Of a stretch of DNA of 64,000 nt, positions 39,396 to 52,364 are shown piece by piece. Each line of letters starts with the position of its first letter. The stretch's first letter is position 1. The notes under the pieces were generated by a model, which ran no database searches, had not been told where the DNA came from, and saw only the letters and a list, made by a program, of their open reading frames with translations. This stretch comes from Carcharhinus longimanus (lineage: Eukaryota): positions 63,014,546 to 63,078,545 of the forward strand of contig JASCQW010000061.1 of NCBI GenBank assembly GCA_030264375.1, read 5' to 3'. The position numbers and the translations under genes were made by a program.

Positions 39396-41277
39396 TCTCA
39401 ATGGGAGAGGGCATCAATGCGGAGAAATGTTAAGTGATAGATATGAGGTTTGAAACACCAGGAGGACACCCACTGTACCTTGTCGCCTCAGCTGAGTAAG
39501 CAACCTGAGAGAGAGTTGGTTTGGGTGCAGAGTTTTACCACAGAATTGAATAGTGTGCCTTTGCTCTTATTGTTAAATTGGTAGAACTTCTGGCTCTTAT
39601 ACAACTTGTTGAATAGTGGGGAACCACTTTGACATAAAATCAAAGATGATGACGGACAGGTAAATTAAGTTACCAGCATTCATATGGAAGTTGAATCCAT
39701 ACCTAACATGCCAGCAGTTGTCTACCAAGGTTAGAATCTTGAACAATATGGAAACATTGCCTTGCTCTTGAGATCCAAATAGGTCATTTCAAATTAATGG
39801 GGAATTAAAAGCTAAGTAATCTATGCAAAGAGAGTTATAAATGACTCAAAATCATAGCTAAAATATGAGTAACTTGAAACAAGGGCATCCAAAGGCAGAA
39901 GTATTTAGAATTGCTGAGGTCAATTATGGCAGCGATTTTCATGATGAGTGGGAAGTCAGAGGAAAGGCCATCTCATTTGCAAGGGGACTGTGAAATGCAT
40001 GTGGAAGGGGGAAACAGGAAGGAGGTCAGAATGATTTGCTCCCTGAGAGGGAGGTGGATGACAATAGCTTGTATTTTTATATGCCTTAGTCCTAAGATGT
40101 TTCCCAGGAGTGTTAATCAAACAAAATTTGATACTGAGCCCTAATAGATATTAGGGCAGGTGTCCAAAAGATTGATCAAATAGCTAAAATTTAAGTATCA
40201 TATAAAAAAGGAAAGAAAAGAAATGAAGTTGACATATTTAGTGAGAGAATGCCAAAGCTTAGCGCCTTGGCAAATAAAGGCACAGCCTGCCAAAGAAGTG
40301 ATTGGAATCAAGAATATTCAAGAGGCTAGAATTGGAGGAACATAGTTAACCTGACAGTTGTAGGCTGGAAGTGATGAGATATAAGACAGTGTAAGACTGG
40401 GAGGAATTTGGAACTATGAATGAGAATATTTGAATTGAGATGTTGCTTAAGCAACAGCCAAGCACAGGGTCATGGATGAATAGGACCAAGTGTGTGTTGG
40501 GATACAAACTATATTCTGGGTGACCTCCCAGTTTATGGAGGTACGAATGTGGGAGGCTGGTCCTCAAGTTGGAATAATCAATTCTAAAGGTAACTTGAAT
40601 GAGGGTTTCAGCAGTAGATAAACTCTTGTAATGGTGACATAAGATATTATGGAAGTAATGCAGTCTTAGTGATGACATGGACACATAGTCAGAAGCTTAG
40701 CTTGGGCCAACTATTAGATCAAGATCTGGTTCCGCCTCAGACAGCTGACAGGAAGAGGATTACAGTTAAAAGCTAGGGAGCAAAATTTGTGGTGGGCACC
40801 AAAAATGGTGGCTTCAGTCGTCCCACTATTTGAAAAAACATTCTCTGGATGTTGTACAAGCAGGCTGATAATTTAGTGACACTGGAGAGCTCTGGGCGGG
40901 TGATGGTGAGGCAGTGCTCAGATTCGTTGGCATGTTTGTCGAAATAGACATTGTATTTTTAGTTAATGTCATCTAGTTGTACCAAGTAAATCAAAATTTG
41001 CAGGGCATGGGGGTCAATGCCAAAGTGGGTTACTGCCGGTAATAGTGCGGGAGCAGGAAGAGAAACAATTCCAAGTGATTCTCCTGGCTATGACTGAATA
41101 GATGAGAATAACAGTCAGGCAAGTGCAGTCTCAACTAGCTGGAGAGGCACTGGAGGAGGAGTGTGTGGTTAACTATGTCAAAAGCTGCCAACAGATCAAG
41201 AAGGATATCGTTTACCTTTGTCACAGTCATGTCAGAAGTGATTTGTGACTTAGATGAGAGCCATCTAAGTTTTGGAA

Positions 41278-41442
41278 GGATGTGGAGATGCTGGCGTTGG
41301 ACTGGGATGAACACAGTAAGACGTCTCTCAACACCAGGCTAAAGTCCAACAGGTAAACAAAGGAGCAGCGCTCCGAAAGCTAGTGGCTTTTGCTACAAAA
41401 TAAACCTGTTGGACTTTACCCTGGTGTTGTGAGACTTCTTAC
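41278..41442. mobile_element. Minimal Penelope-like insertion with inverted pLTR ends
   Basis: About 40-bp inverted repeat; 10-bp TSD AGTTTTGGAA (41268-41277 / 41443-41452); same family as 57220-58226. Confidence 0.75.
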
Positions 41443-41679
41443 AGTTTTGGAATGCAGCAGCAAGTTCAAGCCTTGGAGAGTAAAGGGATGTTGCAGGTGG
41501 GATGGTGGTTAGCAAAGATTTTGGGCCTTTTTTTAGCAAAGTGATGATAGTAGGTTTGAAAGATAGAGAACCGTTAACAACATCAGCCAACATGGAAGCC
41601 AGGAAGTATGTATGTTTTGTCAGCAGCTTAGTAGAAATAAGATTGAGAGCGCAGGAGGTGGCTCTCTTGGATAAGATGA

Positions 41680-41965
41680 GCGGCACAGTGGTTAGCACCA
41701 GGGGCCTGGGTTCAATTTCAGTCTTGGGTCACTGTCTGTTTGGAGTTTGCACATTCTCTCATGTCTGCATGGGTTTCTTTCAGGTGACCTGGTTTCCTCC
41801 CACACTCTCAAGATGGGCACATTAGGCTGATTGACCATGCCCCTTAGTGTTCAGGGGCCTAGCAGGGTAAATAGATGAGGGTTAAGGGGGATAGGGCCTG
41901 GTTGGGATTGAGGCCGATGCAGACTTGATGGGCGAAATGGCCTCCTGCACTGTAGGGATTCTGTG
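41680..41965 (+). mobile_element. HE1-like V-SINE
   Basis: ggcacagtggttagcac A-box, gggttcaatt B-box, V-domain gtttgcacattctc...gggtttc, CR1-like tail aatggcctcctgcactgtagggattct. Confidence 0.85.
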
Positions 41966-42194
41966 AGGCTGTTAGGGGAGATGGGAAGGAAACTACAGAA
42001 ATATGCACGATCAGGCTTAGAGCAGATGAGAAGCTGTGAGGAAGTTTGGCTAGGGGAAGGGAGGGATGCAGCTGAAAAGTCCATAAACACAGCTTGATCT
42101 AGTGATGAATGGCTACACCAGTTATTGGTTGTGTCTGTTCCTCGTGTCCCAGAGACACAAATGAAGTTGAAATATGGGTCATACCAGGAGAAGC

Positions 42195-42292
42195 TGCTCG
42201 TATGTGAGTGTGTGTGTGTGTGCATGCTCGTATGTGAGTGTGTGTGTGTGTGTGTGCGTGTGTGTGTGTGTGTGTGTGCGTGTATGCATGTG
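42195..42292. repeat. Compound (TG)n microsatellite
   Basis: Two units of gctcgtatgtgagtgtgtg... followed by a long TG run. Confidence 0.95.
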
Positions 42293-43524
42293 TACTGAAA
42301 TTTAAATGAAAATTAATTTACAGAACTTTTCTTCTCATTAAATAAACACACAGCGAGGAACCCAGAAGGGCAGCTCATTGTGAAACAAGTATCTGATATC
42401 CACAACAAAAATATATTGCTTCAAGATCTTTTCCCCCTACCGTAGACATTGACCTTCGCATGGATATGATTCCAAAAGCATTGTCCTNNNNNNNNNNNNN
42501 NNNNNNNNNNNNNNNNNNNNNNNNNNNNNNNNNNNNNNNNNNNNNNNNNNNNNNNNNNNNNNNNNNNNATTTGGAGGGGGGAAGGAAATTTAGATTGATA
42601 ATAATTCTAGAAGTTCTTAAGTAATTGACACAATGAGAAGATCGAGGACATCAAAGGTGGAAAAGTAACGGGAGTGGACCTGAGCATTGGTAGAATACAT
42701 GAAGGGAAAGATTACGGGAAGGTTGAAGGACAACCAGCTGGAGGGAGATGATGATGAGGACCAAGGTGCTATGGTTTGATGGGAAAGATGACAAATTGGT
42801 TGTTCTTTGAGCAAGTCAGTATGCCAAACAAGGGGGTGGATGGTGTAGCAGTGCCTATTTAGCAAGGGGCCTTGACCTGGGATTGTAACAGTGAAAGTCA
42901 ATTCATAGCCTATTGAGTGGTTTAGGATACCAAGATGGCAGAAACACTGATAACCGGACTGAGGGAGGGAGGGAATCCAAAGATAGTCAATTGAGAGGCA
43001 GGTGTTGGGGTCTGCAGCCAGATTCTTGGAATTAAAATCAGCAGTACATTTGTCAAAGTAGACTGTACATCTGGATGTCCAACTAGAGACCCTGCACCAA
43101 GTGTTTTCTGCCACGGATATGCAACATTGATCGTAGGGCATCAATTTGATGTAAGTATTTACACTGACTTGATCTGCTCTTACACATGAGGGATCTTATA
43201 AATGGGACAAAATATTTAACTATTTTACATGCTATGCAATAGGGACCTTGCTACCTTTGAGCCACAACATTTTTGTAAGGCTTCTTAATTTTGATGTGGA
43301 GAACCCAGTGTGCTCTTTAAAAGTAAGAAACCATGTAATTCGGTATGTGTACCATACCAAGTGATCAATTGTACACAATTATTGGCCTTATTCATAATTT
43401 GCTGTTTGACTGGTATAAACTGTTACTCTGTCCAAATGTCTATCTCTTCTTTTGGGTCACAGAAACTAGGCATGTGTATTACACAGTAATTTTATATTGG
43501 TACAGCAATGAAACAAATTGGGCA

Positions 43525-43945
43525 AACAAATTAATGCGAAACCAAGAAGAGGAAATACTGGAAAATCTCAGGTTTGGCAACATCTGTAAGGAGAGAAAAG
43601 AGCTGTCGTTTTGCGTCCAGATGACCCTTTGTCAAAGCTTAAAGGCATAGAAAGTGGGAGATATTTATACTGTAGGGTGAGGGAATGAAAGATGAGTCAT
43701 AGCCACAAAAACAAGGGGAAAGACTTGAGGTGCTAATGGCAGTCCACAGAGAGAATAAAAGATGTGAATGGCCAAACAGTAGAGAAGCTGAAATCGGATG
43801 ATAAGCTGTGAAGATGATGTGGAGGGAGATGGGAGATAGATAAAATTGAGGAAAGGTAAGAGAAAGGGGATAAAACAGGGGGAAAGAGTTGGGGGTGCAA
43901 AATATAAAGAAAGATAAAGAAATAAAAGGTAGGGAACAGTTAAAT
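43525..43945 (-). mobile_element. Penelope-like fragment with hammerhead-like motif and purine-rich extension
   Basis: First part near-identical to 13870-13966; continues into GA-rich sequence. Confidence 0.6.
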
Positions 43946-44349
43946 TATTTTTAAATTAATAGGAAAACGTGTTCACTCAAAATTACCTTCATATCAACCA
44001 CAGAGGTCATTTTGAGGTTGAAGTCTTACCATGGTCATGAATGAACACGATCACACTAGCTCTCAAGACCACTATGAAAGGAATGTTATGGTGTCAAAGA
44101 TACCATATGTTAAATTGAGGCCACACGCACAGCTGGGCATAAATCTTAGTGTTATTTGAAGAGGTGCTGCCTTTTCGCCCTGATTCCCCCTCTCTCAGTC
44201 TCTTCACTTTATCTTCTCTTCCACCATCAACCCCCCTGCCCCCTTCCACACCCAAACCCACTCCCCTGCGCTGTCTCTCTCTTTTCCCTCTACCTCAATA
44301 TCCCCCAGTCCACCCTCCTCCCTGAGTTTCTCCCTTGCTTGTTGGTAGT

Positions 44350-44492
44350 GTCTTTTAAGGGGCATCTTAACAAATACATGACTAGGATGGGAATAGAGGG
44401 ATATGGTCCCCGGAAGATCAAGAAGGCGAATGGAATGTTGGCCTTTATAGCGAGGGGGATAGAATATAAAAGCAAGGAGGTCTTGCTGCAAC
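44350..44492 (+). mobile_element. CR1 fragments running into a gap
   Basis: KYMTRMGIEGYG joined to IKKANGMLAFIARGIEYKSKEVLLQ. Confidence 0.85.
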
Positions 44493-44592
44493 NNNNNNNN
44501 NNNNNNNNNNNNNNNNNNNNNNNNNNNNNNNNNNNNNNNNNNNNNNNNNNNNNNNNNNNNNNNNNNNNNNNNNNNNNNNNNNNNNNNNNNNN

Positions 44593-44735
44593 CACTGGAG
44601 GAGGCTGAGATGGATCATCCACTCTGGCTGAAGATTGCTGCAAATATTCAGCCTTATCTTTTGCAGTGATGTGCTGGACTCCTCCATCATTGAGGATGGA
44701 GATATTTTTGGAACCGCCTCCTCCTCCTCCAGTGA
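44593..44735 (-). mobile_element. Fragment of the LINE family at 53095-54510
   Basis: Shares gtgctgg(a)ctcc..catcattgaggatgg(a/g)gatattt with 53318-53365. Confidence 0.6.
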
Positions 44736-45844
44736 TTAAACTGATTAAACTTGTAAAGGAAATGAAATAATCTGCATTCAGGCTCTTTCAACATCCTTCC
44801 TTGTCTGAAATCTGTCGCTAATGAATGGCTATATCCTCCAATTCAACATGCCACTTCGGAACACTGTAGCCAGCTGCAGCTCAGTATCACTCCTATTGGG
44901 CTGAATCAGAAATACAGTTTAAAAACTCAGCCTGTCACATGACCACCTTTCATGTTGCTTTTCCATAGCTTATTTATTCTTTATAAATTTGATTCAATAT
45001 AATAGTTAATGCAATTTACAGGGATTAAAATTCACCTCCAATTGATTACCAAATTCTGTTCTCAATCAGTTTTTGGATCCAAGTATAACATGTGAATTGT
45101 GATAACTAAGTGGAACGCTACCTCTGAAAATATTTTGATTCCTAATTTTCCCTATCAGAATTTTTGACCATTTTTCAAAGCATTGTTCCACATGGATCTA
45201 AAACAATAAAACCCACTTTTAGTCACTTAATACATGAGGCGTTGTTAATCTGTGTTTTGCAAATCCCAAAATGAGATTCTTCCATTTTTAATTAATTTCA
45301 ATTGTCTCTTTGCCTATAAATTACCATCCTTTAGTATGGATGATGTGATGTAAAATTCTCAGTGGTTATTACGTAGTTGTATACGGGATGAGGATTGGGA
45401 TATAGAACTCAAACTCAAGACCAATGAATAAGTCCAGCACACTTGTTTCCCAGCTATTTCTTAGCATTGTCTCTTAAATATTCAAAACATAGTTATGCAG
45501 TACTATTTCCAATTGAAGTATCTTTGAATTGTGTTTTGTTCATCTAGTCTGGAATAGAATCCACTCAATCTGCTTAAGATTTGAACAAGCAGGTTCAGAA
45601 AAAAATTAAAGGCTTACATTTATTTACTGCCGGTGAAGGCCATTGAACATCCCAATACCTTGGAACCAATGAAATACTTTTTGAAATTTAGTTGCTCTTG
45701 GAATGTAGGAAACGTGGTATTAATTTGCAAGCTCCTAAAATCAACAATATGAAAATGATATTGGTTGCTCAGACTGAAATGCAGCTGGAAACAAGTTTGG
45801 ATTTTTGATTGTATTCCACAAATGAGGACTGGTGGACAATGAAT

Positions 45845-46312
45845 TTGTTTCCTACATTTAAAAGGAAAATGGAGCTAATGCAGGGAACTATAGATCAACC
45901 AGCCAGTGCCAATGGTAGGAAATATAATGGAATAATCCCTCAAAGATGTAATAAAATCTAGAAAATGGAACAAGAATAAAGAATGATCAAAATGGATTTC
46001 AAAAGAGAAGGTCGTGCTTGATGAAACTTATTGAATTCTTTGAAGACGTAACTGGGTTACATAAGCATGGTACAGAAGATGTATTTGAATTTTCAAAAAG
46101 CCTTTAATAAGGTGGTGTCTGTTAGATGCAGACCAAGATCAAAACATCTGGAGCCTCATCAAGTAGCAGAATGTGTAGCAAGCTGATGACAAAATAGAAG
46201 TGACTCAGACTAGCAAGAAATGTGTTGCAAACACTGGTGCTGGGACCATCATTGTTTACCATTTACAAAAATGATTTGGTATCAGAAGTAAAATTCCAAA
46301 ATTTGTGACCAA
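45845..46312 (+). mobile_element. Degenerate CR1 RT fragment
   Basis: NAGNYRS; GFQKRRSCLMKLIEFFEDVT; F(Q)KAFNKV. Confidence 0.7.
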
Positions 46313-46317
46313 CAGCA

Positions 46318-46990
46318 GTAACTTGTATTTATATAGCATGGTCATGCAATAATGTTCCTAGGCACTTCACAGGGTGTTGCAAAGCAACATTTGACACAAT
46401 TATATTGAGGCAGATGTTGAAAAACTTGGTCAAAGAGGTAGATGGTAATGGAAAAAAAAGACTTGCATTAATATTAACACCTTTAATAAGCTCACCATGT
46501 CCCATAGCACTTTTCAAAATAGCTTCACTGGCTAAAGTGTAGTCACTGTGGTATTGTAGGAGACTGAGGAGGCCTAAATGAGGAAAGACATGGCGGGAGG
46601 TGAAGAGATTTGAGGGGGATTTTGAGAACTTGGGGCCTAGGCGGCTGAAGGTGCAGCTACCAATGGTGGAAAAATTAAAATTGGCAATGATCAAGAGGCC
46701 AGTATTAGAAGAGTGCAAAAATTTGATGGCTGTGGAGCTAGAGTGGACTACGTTGATAGTGATGGTTGAAGTCATGGAGTGATTTGAAAACAGTGACAAG
46801 AATTTTAAAATTGCAGGTGTTGCTTTACCTGAAACCAGCATAGGTCATTGTGGACACATGTAAATATGTGAAAGGGACCTGGTGCAAGTTAGGCAGTGGT
46901 CTTGGGTGGCCTCACACTTACATAATGTAAAACATGGGATGAGGACAAATTGGGCAGCATAATTTACACACAAGAGGATTGAACACAAAA
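46318..46990 (-). mobile_element. L2 LINE 3' fragment
   Basis: L2-type terminus aacttgtatttatatagc; STIGSCTFSRLGPKF resembles G.RAFS..P.LWN. Confidence 0.7.
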
Positions 46991-47030
46991 GATTACAGAT
47001 GAACATCAGTATTTGTAAATGGATGATGAT

Positions 47031-47156
47031 GTGGGGAGTTTTCCCATCCCGCCCACCACGGGAATTGTAGTGGGAAGGGAACAGACCATGCAAAGGTCCA
47101 TTGACTTTGGGTGGGATTTTCTGGTTTTGGGTGAGCACGGCTGGAAAATCCCGCAC
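47031..47156. mobile_element. 126-bp MITE
   Basis: Imperfect TIRs GTGGGGAGTTTTCC ... GGAAAATCCCGCAC (11/14). Confidence 0.6.
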
Positions 47157-48386
47157 AATATAGATTGGTCGGGAAAAATAAGGAAGCAGCATACTGTTCG
47201 CAGATTAAGTGTTTAAATGGAAGAGAAGCGCAGAAATCTTGGGGTGTAGATAAACTAATCACCAAATATAGTGATGTAGACTAATAATCCCATAAAGATG
47301 CAAGCAAAGCACTGGGGTTCGTTTTTAGCATTAAAAAGTAGAGAATACGCAAAATGCCACATACTGGTGAAAATAGAGCTGGTGGATGGCTCAAGACATG
47401 TTGCTGGAGACAAGGCATCAGATTCTTAGGACCATGAGACCAGTTCGGAGACAGGGGTACCAATCAAAAGGACCAGATGATGCTTAAACAAGGCTGGGAC
47501 CATTTTCCCGCAAGGAAGTCCACTGGTGTGGTTGGGGAAGGTTTAACTTAAATTGGTAGGAGGAGGGGAGCATAAAGAAGTAGAAAAGAGGAATAGTGAG
47601 AGACCTGCTCCCCATAACCCTTGATTCCCTAAGATACCAAATCTATGTCAATCTAAGCCAGAATTCAGTGATGGAGCATCCACAGTTCTGAGATCAAGAT
47701 TTCCAAAGATTCCCAATCCTTTAAATGAAGAAATTCTCCCCATTTTAATCCTAAATGAAATTGATTCCCTGAATCAACTGTGTGGCATGAAATTTTGCTA
47801 AGATAGTGGTGGTGTGGGTGAAGGTGGGACGGGCTTGTTTTGATGCCGTTTTAGCAGGGAGAACCTATTAACCAAATGCTAGGAGTACTACTACTAATTA
47901 AATACAGGGCTTATTTTAGAAAAAAGATCTTTAGGAATATAAGTGTGGTTTCACAAAATTAGATAGGAACTTGAAGTTTAAGCAAGAGAAGAGCTTTAGC
48001 AACCTAATTACTGCAACTGCTGAAGTGAAGAGCTAGTTTTAAAATCAGTGAAACATTGCCCAATTTCATAATTATTTTCTTCACATTTATAAGGTGGCAT
48101 GTATTCCATAAGAATGAATAATGGAATAAAACTACCAGAAAGAAGCAAGACTATAAAAATCAAAGCATTTTCATACTGCAGAATTGCTTAAAAGTAGATA
48201 TTTTTAAAGATTTTGCATTGGAGAAATTACAATACGCCTGAATTTAGTTTTTATGACTCCTGCACAGATTCCCATGTCAAATTTTAAGAGGAGGAGAATC
48301 AATTACTTTTGTGGGAAGTTATTTTGTTTTTTGAGCAACATTGTTCATTTACATGGAAATAATATTAAAATGTTTGTTTTGTTTAG

Positions 48387-48490
48387 TGATATCGATATTT
48401 GGATCCCAGAAATCGACCACGCTGAACTTCCTACAGACTGGTGGGACAGGGAAGCTGATAAATGTCTTCTTATCGGCGTGTTCAAACATG
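48387..48490 (+). CDS. chd7: CHD7 exon 25 equivalent
   Basis: tttag|T...G|gtatgt; 104 nt; [34 protein letters not shown]. Confidence 0.95.
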
Positions 48491-50285
48491 GTATGTAATT
48501 ACAGCTATAAGCTTTTTAATTTACTGTTGTGGGTACTCAAGTGGCTCAGTGGGTAACTACTCCGCAATGTAGTACTGATCCACACAAACTTTGCAATTCT
48601 GAATTACAATTCAAAGTGTGCTGTATGTAATCCAACTTCAACCTGGTGTAATCATAGGAGCACACTCTGTCACTGATTAGTGTCCAGCAACTAGAAGTGC
48701 AGGATGGACATTGTGGATGTTGGGATAAGGACAGAGTGGAGATTGCAGCCCATCATATTGAAATAGCTTGTGAACACCCAACGTCTACAATTATAACCAA
48801 AAGTGAGCATTGTGGGTTCTTGCAAAACTTTTCCCTAATATGGGCTAATGCCTTTGAGGGAAAAAAAAATGAGCTAAGAAATTGTTCAGTTGTTTTGTAG
48901 TTGCAATTTCCTCTTTTACTAATGTTTTTTGTAAAATATACAAAATTGGATTTAAGGAACAAAGTTTTCTTCACAGGTATGGTTAATAGACACGAAGGAA
49001 ATTGAGCTCAAGTTCTGAACTAATCCACCTAAGCAACTCTAGAAGTACTTTTGGGAATATTAATAAAGATTTATTTTTTCAAGTTGAACATTTTACTGTT
49101 TGTTAAAATATTTATTGAATTACTTAGATGCAGTGTAGAATGCTTTTGGAAAATATTGTAATGAAGATTACTTACTAAACTATACATTATAAAATTATTT
49201 GAAAAGTGAATTTATCTTACTAATTGAAAAATCAAACATTTCAGCTTTCAGTTAATTTTAATAAACTGCATCTATCTCTGCTCCCACTACTGTTCCACAT
49301 GTGCTGCTTCTCTACCAGCCTCCATTAGAGTGAATGGTAGCTTAACCTCTGCTATTAATCTGTATAAGTGCCTCCTGGGCTTTTTTCCAAGTAGTATTTC
49401 ACAAATGTCAGCACTGAGACTTTCCCGTCCCCTGTTGTGGAATACTGTCTTGTTAACTGTGAGCCACTGGGATGTGGAACAGCTATGATGTATACAAAGA
49501 GCAGTTCCTAATCATAATCCAAATTCACTAGAGGTCATAGTGGAATTCTCTGGTGTGTGTCCTGACTAAGGGGGGTAGAATGATGGCTTATAAAACCTTT
49601 CATGATTACAATTTGGCTTGAGGCTCAAGAGTACTTAAGAATAACGTGTCACAGTGCAAAACCTAATTGAATTATGTAGTCTTGGTTGACTGAGACAGTG
49701 GTACTTATGGATGCAACTGAAGTAAGTTGAGTCTGACAATCATTTTCTCAGATATTACTGTGACTCGTCATTCTTTATTTTCTGTATTAATGGAATGGTT
49801 GTGACCAACTTGAAAGGTATTAATAAACTCATTTCAAAGACTAATTTTTTTGTCTTGATGTATTTTCCTGAAGTTTTACAAATACTTCAATTTCATAATC
49901 TTTTTACACTCCTGTTGCTATTGACTTCAGCTTTATCCTGTCTATGCAATATTAATTGAGAATTTATTTTTAAGGTTTGTTTTGTATTAAGTCACCTTGT
50001 GAAGGATAAGTAGATTCAAGCAAATGTCTAAACTTTCATGTTTCCTGTACTGAGTTGCATAAAATATAGTCAATTTGCAGTAAATTTACTGAGCAAATAA
50101 TTGTTCAGTTGATCTAGTTTTAAGTTCCATGATTTCCATGGAGTGTGAATTACATTTTTAATGCATTCATTCATATCCAGATCGATAGCATGTTGTATAA
50201 CGAAATTAAAACTTGTTGATCTGATTGCAATTATGCACACAAGTTAAAATGTATAAATTAAGAAATCATTGATTCTCCTGAATAG

Positions 50286-50415
50286 GATATGAAAAATATA
50301 ATTCCATAAGGGCAGACCCTTTATTCTGCTTTCTGGAACGGGTGGGAATGCCTGATGCAAAGGCCATGGCTGCAGAACAGAGGGGCACTGATGTGCTGGC
50401 AGATGTTAGTGATGG
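50286..50415 (+). CDS. chd7: CHD7 exon 26 equivalent
   Basis: aatag|GA...GG|gtaagt; 130 nt; [42 protein letters not shown]. Confidence 0.95.
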
Positions 50416-50531
50416 GTAAGTTGTGCTTTTTTGTTCATTTTGAATTTTGTTTCCATGCACAACCGCCCCCACCACCCGTTCAATAAATGGCATCATCACA
50501 AGGATGACTTTTAATTAAAATTGTTTTTCAG

Positions 50532-50604
50532 TGCTGATTTTGACAGAGAGGATGAAGATCCCGAATATAAACCAGGCAGAATTCCATTTAAAGATGAAAT
50601 GGAT
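50532..50604 (+). CDS. chd7: CHD7 exon 27 equivalent
   Basis: ttcag|T...GAT|gtaagt; 73 nt; ADFDREDEDPEYKPGRIPFKDEMD. Confidence 0.95.
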
Positions 50605-50847
50605 GTAAGTTATATTGGATTACAATTCCTGAATCAATCTGGGGTTTTAATTTAAATTCATAATTAGGTTTTGCATTCTAGTTTGCATTTATTTTGCTGA
50701 TGTAGACATCAACTAATAAGTAGTAATTGATATTTTGAAAGAGTTCGTTCAAAACGGAGAATGTGCATTGCCATAAATATTTGAAAAGTAATGTACAATC
50801 CAGAAGAAGAAAATGTACCAAAAACCTTAATGCATCATCCTTTTCAG

Positions 50848-50905
50848 GAATTTGAGAATTCTCCACAAGATGACAAGGAAGAATGTATGGATGCTGAGAA
50901 CTCAG
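50848..50905 (+). CDS. chd7: CHD7 exon 28 equivalent
   Basis: ttcag|GAA...G|gtgaga; 58 nt; EFENSPQDDKEECMDAENS. Confidence 0.93.
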
Positions 50906-51064
50906 GTGAGATTTTGACAACTGAGGGGGAAATTGGTGATGTGTTTTATTACTCGGTACCAATGCATCCAGGTTTTGGATCAGTTTGCATTTTGGGCATG
51001 TAAGCAACTCTTGATATGCATCCAATCCAAGCATAGGATTCACAGCCTGAAGATATGTTAGAAA

Positions 51065-51228
51065 TCATGGAAACCTACAGTGCAGAAAGAGTCCATTTGG
51101 GCCATTGAGCCTGCACCGACCACAATCACAGGCCCTAACCCCTTATCCCTCCAACCTATGCATCTCAGGACACTAAGGGACAATTTTTAGCATGGCCAAT
51201 CAACCTAACGCCCACATCTTTGGACTGT
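51065..51228 (-). mobile_element. HE1-like V-SINE, 5'-truncated
   Basis: Matches 53367-53530. Confidence 0.75.
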
Positions 51229-52150
51229 TGTTTGTTGGTGTACATTTTTCATTGCTATGTACAATTACAAAGAGTCTAGTGCTAAATTGCATGCATCCTT
51301 AGAGCTTAATTTGGCAGTTGAGACACTTTCCTTGGATTGAAACTGAGCTTTTCTTTTAAATAGGTTTAATGTTTTCTTTAAAAGAGCAAAGTGGTAAAAT
51401 TGGCACAAGCATGTTTAATGTTCATCCTGAAATTTGATAGTAATTTCAACCTTTTACCCTTTAAAAATATGTTTCTACCTTCGAAGTCGATGGGGCCAAA
51501 GAAAATGTGGGAAAATTGAATAGTTTAGATAGAGTAAATGTAGTTTGAGGCAAACAACAGAAATAATGAAAAATCTGGGTATTAGGAATAGGTGGCAAAT
51601 TAGTGTTCGAAATAAATGTTAATGAATGCTAAAGATGGACAATATTTTGAATCAATAATACAATATTGCAGTTATTCCTACAATTGGATCGGATGTATTG
51701 CAGTTAGTTACATTAGGATACAAATGTATTTGCCAAAAACCAAACTGGTAGGTTTCCAGAGACTAGAATTTCATTTTCTGACAAGTGAAAAGATCAACAT
51801 TGTTGGATGAATGCTTTAGTGGACTGAAAAATTTGCAGTCTACAGTTTATAGTAGTCTAAGCAAATGTTGTCTTTAAAGGTTATAATTGTCCTAGAGATT
51901 ATGTATATGTTATACAAGATGTCAAAACAAACTTTCCAAAATGGTAGTTGATAAAATTGCATTGACTTAATAGTAAGAGAATTGTCTGTGACATTTTTTC
52001 TTTATGCAATAAATTTGCGCATATACACCAAAGTTGAACAGTTATAAATTGGCATTTCCCTTAGCAGTAACAAAAAGCTTTCAGATATGATCAACTTGAT
52101 ATGAATGGTTGGTAACAAATACATCAAGTTAGTGGCAAGTTTATTTTTGA

Positions 52151-52261
52151 TCTGAAGGAAAGTCATTTTGGACTCAACATTAACTGTTTCTCTCTCTACA
52201 GATGCTGCTGAGCTTTTGCAGCACATTTCAGATTGCAAACATCCGCAGTATTTTGCTTTTA
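52151..52261 (+). mobile_element. Short Penelope-like pLTR fragment
   Basis: tctgaaggaaagtc...gactc...taactgtttctctctctacagatgctgc...atccgcagtattttgctttta. Confidence 0.6.
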
Positions 52262-52364
52262 CTCAAAACTATCTGTGTTTTTAGTTCATCCTTTTGAGGC
52301 ATAGAAATTGTTTTGTATTGAAATGAAAAACCCAGGAGGTAAGCAAAACTAGAGATCAGGAACA

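Larger units (their letters stand above)
40070..43095 (-). mobile_element. Fragmented L2 LINE with nested SINE, Penelope-like element and microsatellite
   Basis: STAETLIQV..RIDYSN; reverse of DLLAAFD(I)V (ctatgtcaaaagctgccaacagatcaag); purine-rich + strand. Confidence 0.7.

Noticed and set aside
50791-51003. In-frame extension of exon 28 on both sides
   Set aside because: The upstream AGs at 50803 and 50806 are out of frame, there is no good downstream donor, and the 58-nt exon already fits the expected size and phase.
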